Shown: positions 8,887-17,391 of the stretch, piece after piece | Layout: each line of letters opens with the position of its first letter | How positions within the stretch are numbered: position 1 is the stretch's first letter | Notes under the pieces: model-generated | Database searches by the model: none | Told to the model about the DNA's origin: nothing | What the model saw: only the letters and a program-made list of their open reading frames with translations | Origin: Candidatus Aminicenantales bacterium | Lineage (GTDB): Bacteria > Acidobacteriota > Aminicenantia > Aminicenantales > UBA4085 | DNA length: 54,179 bases | Direction of reading: 5' to 3' | Assembly (NCBI GenBank): GCA_049515535.1 | Contig: JBEKTZ010000009.1 | Location: 124,001-178,179 of the forward strand | Program-made: the position numbers and the translations under genes

Positions 8887-9948
8887 TCAATCCGTCCGAG
8901 CCGTCCAAGCCTGGAGGCCGGTCCGCGACAACGAAACCGGGATGATCCGGATGCCCCGCCCTAACGCATTGATTTTCTCGATCATGCGGCGGCGAAGGAC
9001 ATCATCGCCGCCGGCCAGGACGGTCATGGAACCTCCTTTTCCGCCCGCCCCATTGACCTTCCAACCCGCTGCTCCACAGCGCCGGGCCACGGCCGCCACG
9101 GCGTCCGCATCTCCGGATACGAGCCCGGCGAACAGCGCCCGCTGGTATTCGTTGTTTTCGATCATGGCCTCGCCATAAGCCGTGAAATCGCCGGCGGCCA
9201 GGGCGTCACCAGCCCGTTGGGCGACACTCGTCAGTTTCCGGATTAGCCGAAGCTGCGGCCCGCCCGCCTCGAGTCCGGCAATGACGTGTTCGTGCATGGC
9301 GGAGGAGCGGTGGGGCTTGCCCAGATAGACCAGACAGATCCTCCGATCGAGCTCGTTCCAAATTCCTTTTTCAAGACGAACCGGCCGGACCGTGGCCTGG
9401 GGATAGCGGCGCATGTGAATGAAAGAGATCCCGCCGTGGGCCGCGGCGATCTGGTCTTGGATGCCGCTCTGCTGCCCGAGCTTTTCCGTTTCCACCCGGT
9501 GCGCGAGCCGGGCGATTCCGGCCCGGGAGAATCCGCCCGAAGCCAATGATCGGAGGGCGCCGAGAAGGACGACACAAACGGACGCCGACGTCCCCGTCGA
9601 AATTCCGGCCGGCACGGGCGAATAAAGGCTGATCTCGAGCGCCGCGTCTCGCGGTACGGGAAGGCTGCCGATCGTAAACTGGAGAAGCGGATGTTTGTCT
9701 TTCCGGGGCTCGTCGGGGTCCATGGCGAATGTTTCCGCAAAATTCTCGGCATGGACCAAAACTCTTTTTTTCACCCGCGTCCGGTTCTCGAAGACCTTGA
9801 CCTGGACTTCAACGGCCGGCGAAACCGCGAGGTTCAAGACCTTGCCTTCGCCGGCAAACCAGGTGTCCGTCCATCCCCCGATGTCGTTGATCCGGATGGG
9901 AGCGCGGGCGTGGATGATTTTTAGGATTCGACCCTGATTTTTAGGCAT
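8887..9948 (-). CDS. GHMP-family sugar kinase (HddA/heptose-7-phosphate kinase-like)
   Basis: APIRINDIGGWTD, PVPAGISTGTSAS, GIQDQ...HGG, GWKVNGAGGKGG. Confidence 0.85.
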   Translation of the reverse strand: MPKNQGRILKIIHARAPIRINDIGGWTDTWFAGEGKVLNLAVSPAVEVQVKVFENRTRVKKRVLVHAENFAETFAMDPDEPRKDKHPLLQFTIGSLPVPRDAALEISLYSPVPAGISTGTSASVCVVLLGALRSLASGGFSRAGIARLAHRVETEKLGQQSGIQDQIAAAHGGISFIHMRRYPQATVRPVRLEKGIWNELDRRICLVYLGKPHRSSAMHEHVIAGLEAGGPQLRLIRKLTSVAQRAGDALAAGDFTAYGEAMIENNEYQRALFAGLVSGDADAVAAVARRCGAAGWKVNGAGGKGGSMTVLAGGDDVLRRRMIEKINALGRGIRIIPVSLSRTGLQAWTARTD

Positions 9949-9962
9949 CGGAATTTCTCACC

Positions 9963-10069
9963 TCCACGGCGGACGGGGTCCCGGGCTTTGCCCGGGGGTT
10001 CACTTCCGCCGTACTCGCCCTTGGATATAAGCCACGGGCGAGTGGCGAGCCGAAGGCTCGTCCCTTGAC
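9963..10069 (-). repeat. Repeat family A, copy 2, with a 39-nt hairpin insertion
   Basis: Family A sequence interrupted at 10012-10050; its 3' end runs into the GGAGGT SD of the GHMP kinase gene. Confidence 0.92.
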
Positions 10070-10116
10070 GCCCTTCCCTTCTCCCCGGTCTCCCCGGAAA
10101 AGAGATCGCGGGAAAA

Positions 10117-11085
10117 TCATGCCGCGCGTCTGTGGCGGATCTGGTCCAACGCCACCGCGGCGACGATGATGACGCCGATGATGATTTCCTGGATATAGTT
10201 CGGCCAGCCCATCATCGTGCAACCGTTCCGCAGGAAGGACATGATGAACACGCCGATCATCGAGCCAAGGATACTGCCCTCGCCTCCGCTCAGGCTCCCG
10301 CCGCCGATGACGACCGCGGCGATGATATCGAGCTCGAGCCCCACAGCGACCGTCGGATCGCCGACCGTCAGCCGGGAAAACTCCATGACGCCGGCCAAGC
10401 CGCAAAACAGGCCGGCGAGAGAATAGATGATGACTTTGGTCTTCTGCGTCCGGACGCCGCATAAGCGCGCGGTCGCTTCGTTCGAGCCGATGGCGAAGGC
10501 ATGCCGGCCGAAGACCGTATAGCGAAGGAGGACGACCATCGCGACCGCGAGCAAGATCATCAGCCAGACGCCCGGCGCGAGCAGGAGCCAGGACGGCCGC
10601 GGCGACTTGACCATGAGCTCGTTGACCCATGTGATCGGCGCGTCGATCTTCTGATTGTTGGCGATCCATTTGGCCAGTCCCCTGGCGATGCCCAACATGC
10701 CGAGCGTGATGATAAAAGGCACGAGCCGGAGCCTGGTGATCAAGACTCCGTTGACGAAACCGATCAGCCCGCCGGTGAGGACGCCCAAAAGAACGGCCAG
10801 GAGCGGCGGAATCCCGGCGTTGATGGCGTAGGCCGTGATGACGCTCGACAGGGCGATATTGGAGGCCGCCGAGAGATCGATGCCGCCGCTGATGATAATG
10901 AGGGTCATGCCCAAGGCGCCGAGGGCCACGATGACGGACTGGGTGGCCACGCTTTTAAGGTTGGCGATCCTTAAAAACCGGGATTGGACGTCCGGGATCG
11001 ACGAGAAAATGGCCAGGACCAGGATCAGCCCCAGGAACGGGGCCAGGAGGTTGATGAGCGTCTGCAGTTTCGTTTTTTCTTTCAT
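10117..11085 (-). CDS. Sugar ABC transporter permease (RbsC family)
   Basis: GGIDLS, FIITLG, AIGSNEATARLCGV, ELDIIAAVVIGG. Confidence 0.93.
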   Translation of the reverse strand: MKEKTKLQTLINLLAPFLGLILVLAIFSSIPDVQSRFLRIANLKSVATQSVIVALGALGMTLIIISGGIDLSAASNIALSSVITAYAINAGIPPLLAVLLGVLTGGLIGFVNGVLITRLRLVPFIITLGMLGIARGLAKWIANNQKIDAPITWVNELMVKSPRPSWLLLAPGVWLMILLAVAMVVLLRYTVFGRHAFAIGSNEATARLCGVRTQKTKVIIYSLAGLFCGLAGVMEFSRLTVGDPTVAVGLELDIIAAVVIGGGSLSGGEGSILGSMIGVFIMSFLRNGCTMMGWPNYIQEIIIGVIIVAAVALDQIRHRRAA

Positions 11086-11091
11086 GGTCGC

Positions 11092-12603
11092 TCACGCCTT
11101 TCCCGTCGTCGCGGCCGCCATCAGGCTTTCATCGTTCCATTCCCCGGCCGGGCGGATATCGACGATCCCCCCCCGGAAAAAAACGGCGATTCGGTCGCAG
11201 ACGCCGAGGAGTTCGGGAAAATAGGAACTGACGAACAAAAGGCCGGCTCCGCCCGCCGCGAGCCGACCCATCCATTCGTAGATCTGGGATTTGCTCATGA
11301 CATCGATGCCGCGCGTCGGCTCGTCGAGAAGAAGGATATCGGCGTCCTGATGGAGCAGGCGGGCCAACGCGACTTTTTGCTGATTGCCTCCGGAAAGGCC
11401 GGCCGCGCGCTGCTCCGGGCCCTGGGCCTTGATCTTCAATGCGCTCATCCATTGGGCGGCGGCCCGGGCCCGGCTCTGAACGCCGAGAAACCCGAATTTT
11501 TTATGCGGCGAAAACCGGCTGAGCGTGATGTTGTCGGCGAGCGAAAGAGAGAGGGCCAATCCCTCGCCCTGCCGGTCTTCGCTCAAAAGGCCGCAACCGT
11601 TGTCGATCATGAGGCCGGGCCTGGTTTTTAAGATCCGGAGGCCGCCGATATCGATCCATCCTTCCTCCGGAAGGTCCAGCCCGAAGATCGCGCGCAGCGT
11701 TTCGGTCCGGCCCGAGCCGATCAAGCCAGCGAGTCCCAGGATCTCGCCGCGATGGAGGTCGAGGCTGACGGGCCCGGGCATTCGAGCGCCCTTCAGGTTT
11801 TTCGCGGAGAGGATGGCATCTCCCCGTTCGTGATGGACGCGAGGGAAAAGGTCGGCCATTTTCTGTCCGACCATGCGCTGGATGATCTCGTTCAAGGATG
11901 TGCCCGCGATCGGACCCTCTCCGGCGTTCTTCCCGTCGCGGAGGACCGTATAGCCGTCCGCCAAATCCCTCACCTCTTCCAGAAAATGGCTGATGTAAAT
12001 GATGCTCACGCCTTCGGCTTTCAGCTTCCGAATCACCTGAAATAAAAGCTCGGTGTCTTCTTTCGTCAAGCTGCTTGTCGGCTCATCCATCACCAGGATG
12101 CGGGCCTCATCCATGATGGCCCTGGAGATCTCGACGATCTGGCGGGCACCGACCCCCAATTGCCGCACGGGAGCGTCGCAGTCGATCTCCGGATGGCGCA
12201 GGAATTCCAGGGTCGCCTTGATTTTCTTGCGGACATCTTTGCGCCGGAGAAACCCGCCCCAATGGATTTCCCGGCCGAGCATGATGTTCTCTTCGACCGT
12301 GAGATGGGGCGCCAGGTTCAATTCCTGGTAAATCATCGAGACTCCGTTCCGCCGCCCTTCGAGTGGATCGGACGGAAGGTAGGCCCGGCCGTCGAGACGC
12401 ATTCCGCCTTCATCGGGCCTGAGCGCCCCGCTGATGATTTTGACCAGGGTGCTTTTTCCGGCGCCGTTTTCGCCGAGCAAAGCCTGGACTTTCCCTCTTT
12501 TCAGGCTGAAATCGACATCGTCGAGGGCGCGCGTCGCCCCGAAATTTTTGGCGATCCCCCTCATCTCGAGAGCGAGAGGGCCGCTGTTTGAAGCTGACAT
12601 CAA
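11092..12603 (-). CDS. Sugar ABC transporter ATP-binding protein (RbsA/MglA family)
   Basis: GENGAGKST, MDEPTSSL, LSGGNQQK, LDEPTRGID; two ABC domains. Confidence 0.95.
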   Translation of the reverse strand: MMSASNSGPLALEMRGIAKNFGATRALDDVDFSLKRGKVQALLGENGAGKSTLVKIISGALRPDEGGMRLDGRAYLPSDPLEGRRNGVSMIYQELNLAPHLTVEENIMLGREIHWGGFLRRKDVRKKIKATLEFLRHPEIDCDAPVRQLGVGARQIVEISRAIMDEARILVMDEPTSSLTKEDTELLFQVIRKLKAEGVSIIYISHFLEEVRDLADGYTVLRDGKNAGEGPIAGTSLNEIIQRMVGQKMADLFPRVHHERGDAILSAKNLKGARMPGPVSLDLHRGEILGLAGLIGSGRTETLRAIFGLDLPEEGWIDIGGLRILKTRPGLMIDNGCGLLSEDRQGEGLALSLSLADNITLSRFSPHKKFGFLGVQSRARAAAQWMSALKIKAQGPEQRAAGLSGGNQQKVALARLLHQDADILLLDEPTRGIDVMSKSQIYEWMGRLAAGGAGLLFVSSYFPELLGVCDRIAVFFRGGIVDIRPAGEWNDESLMAAATTGKA

Positions 12604-13598
12604 TCTAAAATCGACAGGTCGGGAGAAAGGAGCGCTTTGATTTCCGGATTCTCCATGTTCTCCCTGGTCACCAGATATACGCCCGTGTCGATGCGGTCCA
12701 GGATTTTTTGGCCTCGGAGATGCTTGACCATCTCGGAGACCCCGAGATATCCCATCTTGACCGGGTTCTGCAGGATCAAGCCGTGGACATGGCCGTCTTT
12801 CAGGCCCTGGACGAGCTTCGGCGAGCTGTCGAAGCCGACGAATTTGACCTTTCCCGCGAGCCGCGATTCCTGGAGAGCGCGCAGGGTTCCGAACGTGCTC
12901 GATTCGTTGGGGCAGAAAATGCCCTCGACGTCAGGGAACCGGCCGATGAGATTTTCGGCCGCCTGGCAGGCCGTTTCCGTGGTCGGGCCGGCGTACTGGT
13001 CTTTCGCAAGGAACCGGATATCCGGAAAATCCCTGGAGAGGGTTTCCAAGAATCCGCGCTCGCGCTCCGCGGTCGAATTGGACCCTTCCAGGTAGCGGAT
13101 CATGAAGATCTTTCCTTTCCCATGGAGAAGCTCGCCCATGCGCTTGGCCGCGAGCGCTCCGCCCTGGAAATTGTCCGTCGCGACGAAACTGAGATAGTCC
13201 TTGCCCTGCAGTCCGGAATCGATGATCACGACCGGAATGTTCTCGCGCATCGCGTCCTGGACGGGCCGGACCATGGCCCGGTCGTCGAGCGGGGCAAGAA
13301 CGATCCCAGACACGCCGCGGTTGATCACGTCTTCGATGACCGTGATCTGCTGGGCCCGGTCGTCCTCTTTCTGCGGTCCCTTCCAGATGATTTCCACGCC
13401 CAGCTCCTTGGCCGCCTGGGCCGCGCCGGCATGGATGGACTTCCAGAACTCATGGCTCGTGCCCTTCGGGATGACCGCGATCCTGAGGACCGGGCCCCCG
13501 CCCGCGGCTTGGGTCTTGTCTTTGCGGCCGCCGCAGCCCGCGAAAACGAGCCCGATGGCCGCGGCCGACAAGATAAAAACTTTGATTCTCGCGTTCAT
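12600..13598 (-). CDS. Sugar ABC transporter substrate-binding lipoprotein
   Basis: FAG-C lipobox; IAVIPKGTSHEFW, ATDNFQGG, VGFD, QNPVKMG. Confidence 0.92.
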   Translation of the reverse strand: MNARIKVFILSAAAIGLVFAGCGGRKDKTQAAGGGPVLRIAVIPKGTSHEFWKSIHAGAAQAAKELGVEIIWKGPQKEDDRAQQITVIEDVINRGVSGIVLAPLDDRAMVRPVQDAMRENIPVVIIDSGLQGKDYLSFVATDNFQGGALAAKRMGELLHGKGKIFMIRYLEGSNSTAERERGFLETLSRDFPDIRFLAKDQYAGPTTETACQAAENLIGRFPDVEGIFCPNESSTFGTLRALQESRLAGKVKFVGFDSSPKLVQGLKDGHVHGLILQNPVKMGYLGVSEMVKHLRGQKILDRIDTGVYLVTRENMENPEIKALLSPDLSILD

Positions 13599-13604
13599 AT
13601 CGGC

Positions 13605-14606
13605 TCAAACCTCCTCGGCCCGGGGAAGGAACAGGCTCGCCGCTCCGTAAACGCCCACGTTGCTCTGGAGTTTCGCGGGAAGGATGGGGAGCGCGGCGAC
13701 GAAGGCGCGGTTGATGGTGTATTGCGGAACCGTCGCCCGGATCCTGTCGAAGAGGGGTTTCCCGATTTGCGAAACTCCTCCGCCGATGATGATCGCCTCG
13801 GGATCCAGGAGGGAGACGATGCCCCCCAGCCACGCGCCCAAAAAAAAGCCCGTTTCGTCGAGGATCGCGCGGGCGACATCGTCGCCGGAACGCGCCGCGT
13901 CGGAGATCATCTTCGGCGTGATTTGGCGCAAATCCCCGTGGGTCAAGGTCCGGAGAGCGCTGGGGACCCCGTGTTCCTGCTCGAGGAGAACGCGGGCGCG
14001 CCGGGCTATGCTGGGACCGGAGGCCAGGGCTTCGATGCAGCCGCGCGAGCCGCAGCCGCAGAGATACGGGCTGCGATAATCGATCGTCACATGCCCGCCC
14101 TCGCCGGCGACGCCGTTTTTTCCATGGTAGATTTTCTTATCGATGATGATGCCCGTCCCGATGCCGGTGCTGACCGTCACGTAGAAGATGTCCCGAAAAC
14201 GGACGGCGGCGCCGAAAAGCGTCTCGGCCAAGCCGGCGGCGTTGGCGTCGTTCTCGACGACGGCCGGCAAGCCAAACCGCCCTTTGATCAACCGGGCGAG
14301 GGGAACATTGCGCCATCCCGGCAGATTAGGCGGGTTGAGCACGATGCCGGTCTTGGGATTCAGCGGGCCCGGGCAGCAAATGCCGATGCCCCGGATGTTC
14401 GCCGGCCCTCCCGCCAGTCGAATCAGACGTTCGATCAGCCGATAAACCTGGGCCAGGCTGACGTCCCGGCCTTTTTCGGCCTGCGTCGGCACCACCAGGT
14501 GCTTCGTCAGACGTCCTTTTCCGGTCACCAGGCCACCGGCGATCTTCGTGCCTCCGATATCGATGCCGAGAATCATCTGCGGTGCGATTGTCGTTTTCAT
14601 GCGCAT
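13605..14606 (-). CDS. ROK-family sugar kinase
   Basis: GIDIGGTK, ENDANAA, GEGGH, CGCGSRGCIE zinc motif; no HTH. Start may be 14600. Confidence 0.92.
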   Translation of the reverse strand: MRMKTTIAPQMILGIDIGGTKIAGGLVTGKGRLTKHLVVPTQAEKGRDVSLAQVYRLIERLIRLAGGPANIRGIGICCPGPLNPKTGIVLNPPNLPGWRNVPLARLIKGRFGLPAVVENDANAAGLAETLFGAAVRFRDIFYVTVSTGIGTGIIIDKKIYHGKNGVAGEGGHVTIDYRSPYLCGCGSRGCIEALASGPSIARRARVLLEQEHGVPSALRTLTHGDLRQITPKMISDAARSGDDVARAILDETGFFLGAWLGGIVSLLDPEAIIIGGGVSQIGKPLFDRIRATVPQYTINRAFVAALPILPAKLQSNVGVYGAASLFLPRAEEV

Positions 14607-14609
14607 CCC

Positions 14610-15809
14610 TCACTCGTACTTTGCCCGGCCGAACACCGCCAGGAGAAAGACATAAGCAAAGGCCAGGGTCGGCAGGATCATCGCCGCGTGCATGCCGAAT
14701 TTGTCCGCCGCCCATCCCACGATAGGCGGGATCACGCCTCCGCCCATGATCGCCGTGCAGAGAAGGCCGGATATCGTGCCGTGGTTTTCGGCGAAGCTGT
14801 TGATCGACCCGCTCATGACCAGCGTGATGAGGACGGAGGTGAAAAACCCGCAGGCGACGAATCCCACGGCGGTCACGGTCCGGGGGCCGAAGTTGGCTGC
14901 CAGCAGGCAGACCACGGTCATGAACGAATAGATCTGCAGCATCTTCCGGCCTCCCAGCCGGTTGAGAATCGCGCCGCTGGCGAGGCGCCCGACGCCCTGG
15001 AACCCCCAGAAGAGGGCCAGGATCAGGGCCGGAAGAGTGGGAAGCACCTTGCGGAAGAACCCGGCAGCCGCGACGTTCGCGACATCCGCGGACAGACCGT
15101 GGACGCGCTCGAAAAATTTGACGATCCAGGACGCCGTTCCGACTTCCGCGCCGACATAGAAAAAGACGCCGAGCGTATAAAACAGAACGAGAGGGTTTTT
15201 CAAGAGCTTGCCTAATTGGTCCACGCGGAACCGGTCCCCGGCCGCCGCGGCCGTGGACGGAAAAATGGAAAAGAGGAGCGGGACCAGCAGCACGAAACAG
15301 AGCAGCGCGAATAAGATATAAAGGAACTGCCAGTTCCGGCCCGAGCCGCGGACCAGAGCCAGCAGAAAGGGCCCGAGAAAAGCGCCGATGCCGCAGAAGC
15401 CGATCGTGAGCGTCAGGTTGCGATGATAATTCTCCGGACGGTCCAGATGCTGGACCAGCGGGTTGCCCGCCGTCTGCAGGATGGTGACGCCCACCCCGAC
15501 GGCAAAAATCATGATCAGGACCACGAGGTAGCTCTGGGCGATGGCCACGACCAGACATCCCAGGCCCATCAGGATCACCCCGGTGAGGACCAACGGCTTG
15601 GCCCCGAAGCGGTCCATGAGCAGGCCGGTCGGAATGGAAAAGAGGCCGTAGGCGATGAAGAAGCCGAAGGCCAGGAAGCCGGCGGCGAACATGCTCAGGT
15701 TATACTGTTTGATGACTTCGGGGATGATCGCGCCCAGGATGTTCGTGATCATCCCGAACGTGAAATAGGCCAGGAAGAAAACCCAAAGCAAGCTTGAACG
15801 TTTCGGCAT
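14610..15809 (-). CDS. MFS sugar transporter (FucP/GluP-like)
   Basis: TILQTAGNP, FFYVGAEVG, AIMGGGVIP; about 12 TM segments. Confidence 0.88.
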   Translation of the reverse strand: MPKRSSLLWVFFLAYFTFGMITNILGAIIPEVIKQYNLSMFAAGFLAFGFFIAYGLFSIPTGLLMDRFGAKPLVLTGVILMGLGCLVVAIAQSYLVVLIMIFAVGVGVTILQTAGNPLVQHLDRPENYHRNLTLTIGFCGIGAFLGPFLLALVRGSGRNWQFLYILFALLCFVLLVPLLFSIFPSTAAAAGDRFRVDQLGKLLKNPLVLFYTLGVFFYVGAEVGTASWIVKFFERVHGLSADVANVAAAGFFRKVLPTLPALILALFWGFQGVGRLASGAILNRLGGRKMLQIYSFMTVVCLLAANFGPRTVTAVGFVACGFFTSVLITLVMSGSINSFAENHGTISGLLCTAIMGGGVIPPIVGWAADKFGMHAAMILPTLAFAYVFLLAVFGRAKYE

Positions 15810-15829
15810 TCTGAAACCTCCTAAGGGGA

Positions 15830-15897
15830 GTCAAGGGACGAGCCTTCGCGGCGGAAGTGGACCCCCGGGTAAAGCCCGGGGCCCCGGCCGCCGTCGG
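15830..15897 (+). repeat. Repeat family A, copy 3 (in the leader of the sugar operon)
   Basis: Near-identical to copy 1; lies between the promoter at 15927-15955 and the AGGAGG SD. Confidence 0.95.
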
Positions 15898-15926
15898 CGG
15901 GCGCTGAATTTTTCAAAGCGCCGCCC

Positions 15927-15955
15927 ATGTTACTTCAGGGCAAATCGAGAGTCAA
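15927..15955 (-). promoter_or_regulatory. Sigma70-type promoter of the sugar operon
   Basis: TTGACT-17 bp-TAACAT. Confidence 0.65.
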
Positions 15956-15971
15956 ATCTTCCCCCGGCTCG

Positions 15972-16042
15972 GTCAAGGGACGAGCCTTCGCGGCGGAAGT
16001 GAACCCCCGGGCAAAGCCGGGGCCCCCCCCAGCCGCCGTGGA
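15972..16042 (+). repeat. Repeat family A, copy 4 (+3 nt)
   Basis: GTCAAGGGACGAGCCTTCGCGGCGGAAGTGAACCCCCGGGCAAAGCCGGGGCCCCCCCCAGCCGCCGTGGA. Confidence 0.93.
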
Positions 16043-16103
16043 CGCCGGCGCGAAAAACCGCCGGGCGGCTTCGCCGTTGGGAATGATGGGGAAAGGGAGG
16101 GGT

Positions 16104-16220
16104 AAAAAAAAGGCCAGGTCGGCGCGTCCGTGAAGACACATCGCTTCCGCGGTTCCTCTCACTTTTCGGCGGGGACCGCGACCCGAATTTCCGCGCTCTC
16201 CCGGAGGCACCGGCCTGACC
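16104..16220 (-). ncRNA. Candidate rod-shaped structured RNA or large terminator in the 3' UTR of the 65-aa gene
   Basis: GGUCAGGCCGGUGC pairs with GCGCCGACCUGGCC (13/14, two G-U pairs), with inner stems and a following U8. Confidence 0.45.
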
Positions 16221-16241
16221 CAGGCGTGGTATTCCGAGTGG

Positions 16242-16439
16242 TTATTTTTTTTTGAGGATGGGCATCCCGGTCTTGGTGGTCTCGATGACCTTGTATCCTT
16301 CGGGAACTCCGTCCAGGGCTTCCGGCCGGATATCGCGGGCGAAGAAGAAGATCCTCTGCTTGCGGCCGCCCTTGAGCGTCACTTCCTTGGAATGCAGATA
16401 ATAATTGACCCCTTTGGAATTCTTGAATTCGAAAGCCAT
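16242..16439 (-). CDS. Small basic hypothetical protein (65 aa)
   Basis: SD GGAGGT; NSKGVNYYLHSKEVTL-GG...IFFFA...VPEGY-V-E...TGMPILKK pattern recalled from an uncharacterised family. Confidence 0.85.
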   Translation of the reverse strand: MAFEFKNSKGVNYYLHSKEVTLKGGRKQRIFFFARDIRPEALDGVPEGYKVIETTKTGMPILKKK

Positions 16440-16606
16440 TTTATAATACCTCCATTTTTAAATTACGTTCTTCGTTTATCCCACCTCGAACTTCATCATG
16501 AATCCCATTCATCATCTTGTCTTACCTCATTCATATAAAAAAATCCCGATAAAGTCAAGGAAGAGTTTGCGGGATTTTCCCGAAAAAAATAATTTGAAAA
16601 TATTTC

Positions 16607-16634
16607 TTGTGTTTTATATTTATTGCGCTATAAT
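16607..16634 (+). promoter_or_regulatory. Sigma70-type promoter with no nearby downstream CDS
   Basis: TTGTGT-16 bp-TATAAT with an AT-rich upstream tract. Confidence 0.55.
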
Positions 16635-16778
16635 GATTTCGGCTTTCTTTCGCGGGCTGGAGAAAGCCCCCACCTTTTTGGTTCCCATCATCAACCCCCC
16701 TTTTGCTGACAACAGCCCGCATCAAACCCCCCGAGGGGTTCGGCGTCATCCATCCAGCCAACACCTCCCGAAAGTTTC

Positions 16779-16975
16779 ACGAGCGGTTCCCCGTGGCTTG
16801 CCACGGGGAACCGCTCGTAGAGGGATCCAAGGGGGAGCCGCCCCCTTGGTCGCAGTCCTATGCGGAGCATAGGGCGAGAAAGGGAGGCAGGGCAACACCG
16901 TTTTATACTCTTGGGTATAAAACGGCGTGCCCGTTGGAAGGGGGAAACGCGAAGCGGGTTCCCCCTCCAAATTGA
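16779..16975. repeat. Cluster of five tandem hairpins (REP/BIME-like mosaic)
   Basis: 16779-16818 (18-bp perfect stem, CTTG loop), 16827-16849 (9 bp), 16857-16873 (7 bp), 16898-16925 (11 bp), 16934-16970. Confidence 0.8.
16927..16975 (+). repeat. Repeat family B, copy 1
   Basis: 48/49 identical to the reverse complement of 35598-35646. Confidence 0.92.
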
Positions 16976-17391
16976 TTTCTGAACCCGGAAATCGAAGCGG
17001 CCGGGCGATTTTGGGGTCAGGGATAAAGTACTCCCTCGACTCATATTTGAATCAAGGGAGATTTGAAAGGAGGGTGGGAAGAGGCTCCTTAGCGATCCTC
17101 TTCTTTTTCACAACCTCGGCGTCGCTGCGGATGAGTTTCATCAGCGCCGTAGGGCTGCGAACTCGTCCCCATTGTCTCCCGGGACGAAAAGAGCGGCAAT
17201 CCCCTTTCCTGATGGAACCATGGGTGATTTTTCGCTCATGAAAATCACCCTCGACGTCGGCCGGGGGCTAGCCGTCTTTTCTTTTTCGGGCGGAGCGGAT
17301 ATACTTTCCACTTCATCCGGCATGGAGATCGATCCGTGCCTAAAAAACAAAGGGGACCGGGTGCCGCGTCCCCGCTCAAAAGGAGGTCGCG

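Noticed and set aside
9941..10669. 242-aa ORF ending in the repeat-derived peptide
   Set aside because: Out-of-frame overlap with the permease; it stays open only because the repeat lacks stops. The same applies to 15927..16133 and 45876..46634.
12708..15215. 835-aa plus-strand ORF
   Set aside because: Antisense to three well-supported genes; a high-GC codon shadow.
16104..16220. Cobalamin riboswitch or SRP (4.5S) RNA
   Set aside because: Only partial resemblance (GCGGTCCCCGCC, GACCTGGCC). It lacks the ACTGT and B12-box elements and the SRP CAGG..GGAA..GCAG domain.
17105..17146. Hammerhead-like CTGATGA...GAAA on the minus strand
   Set aside because: Stem II does not close next to the core, and stems I and III are absent.
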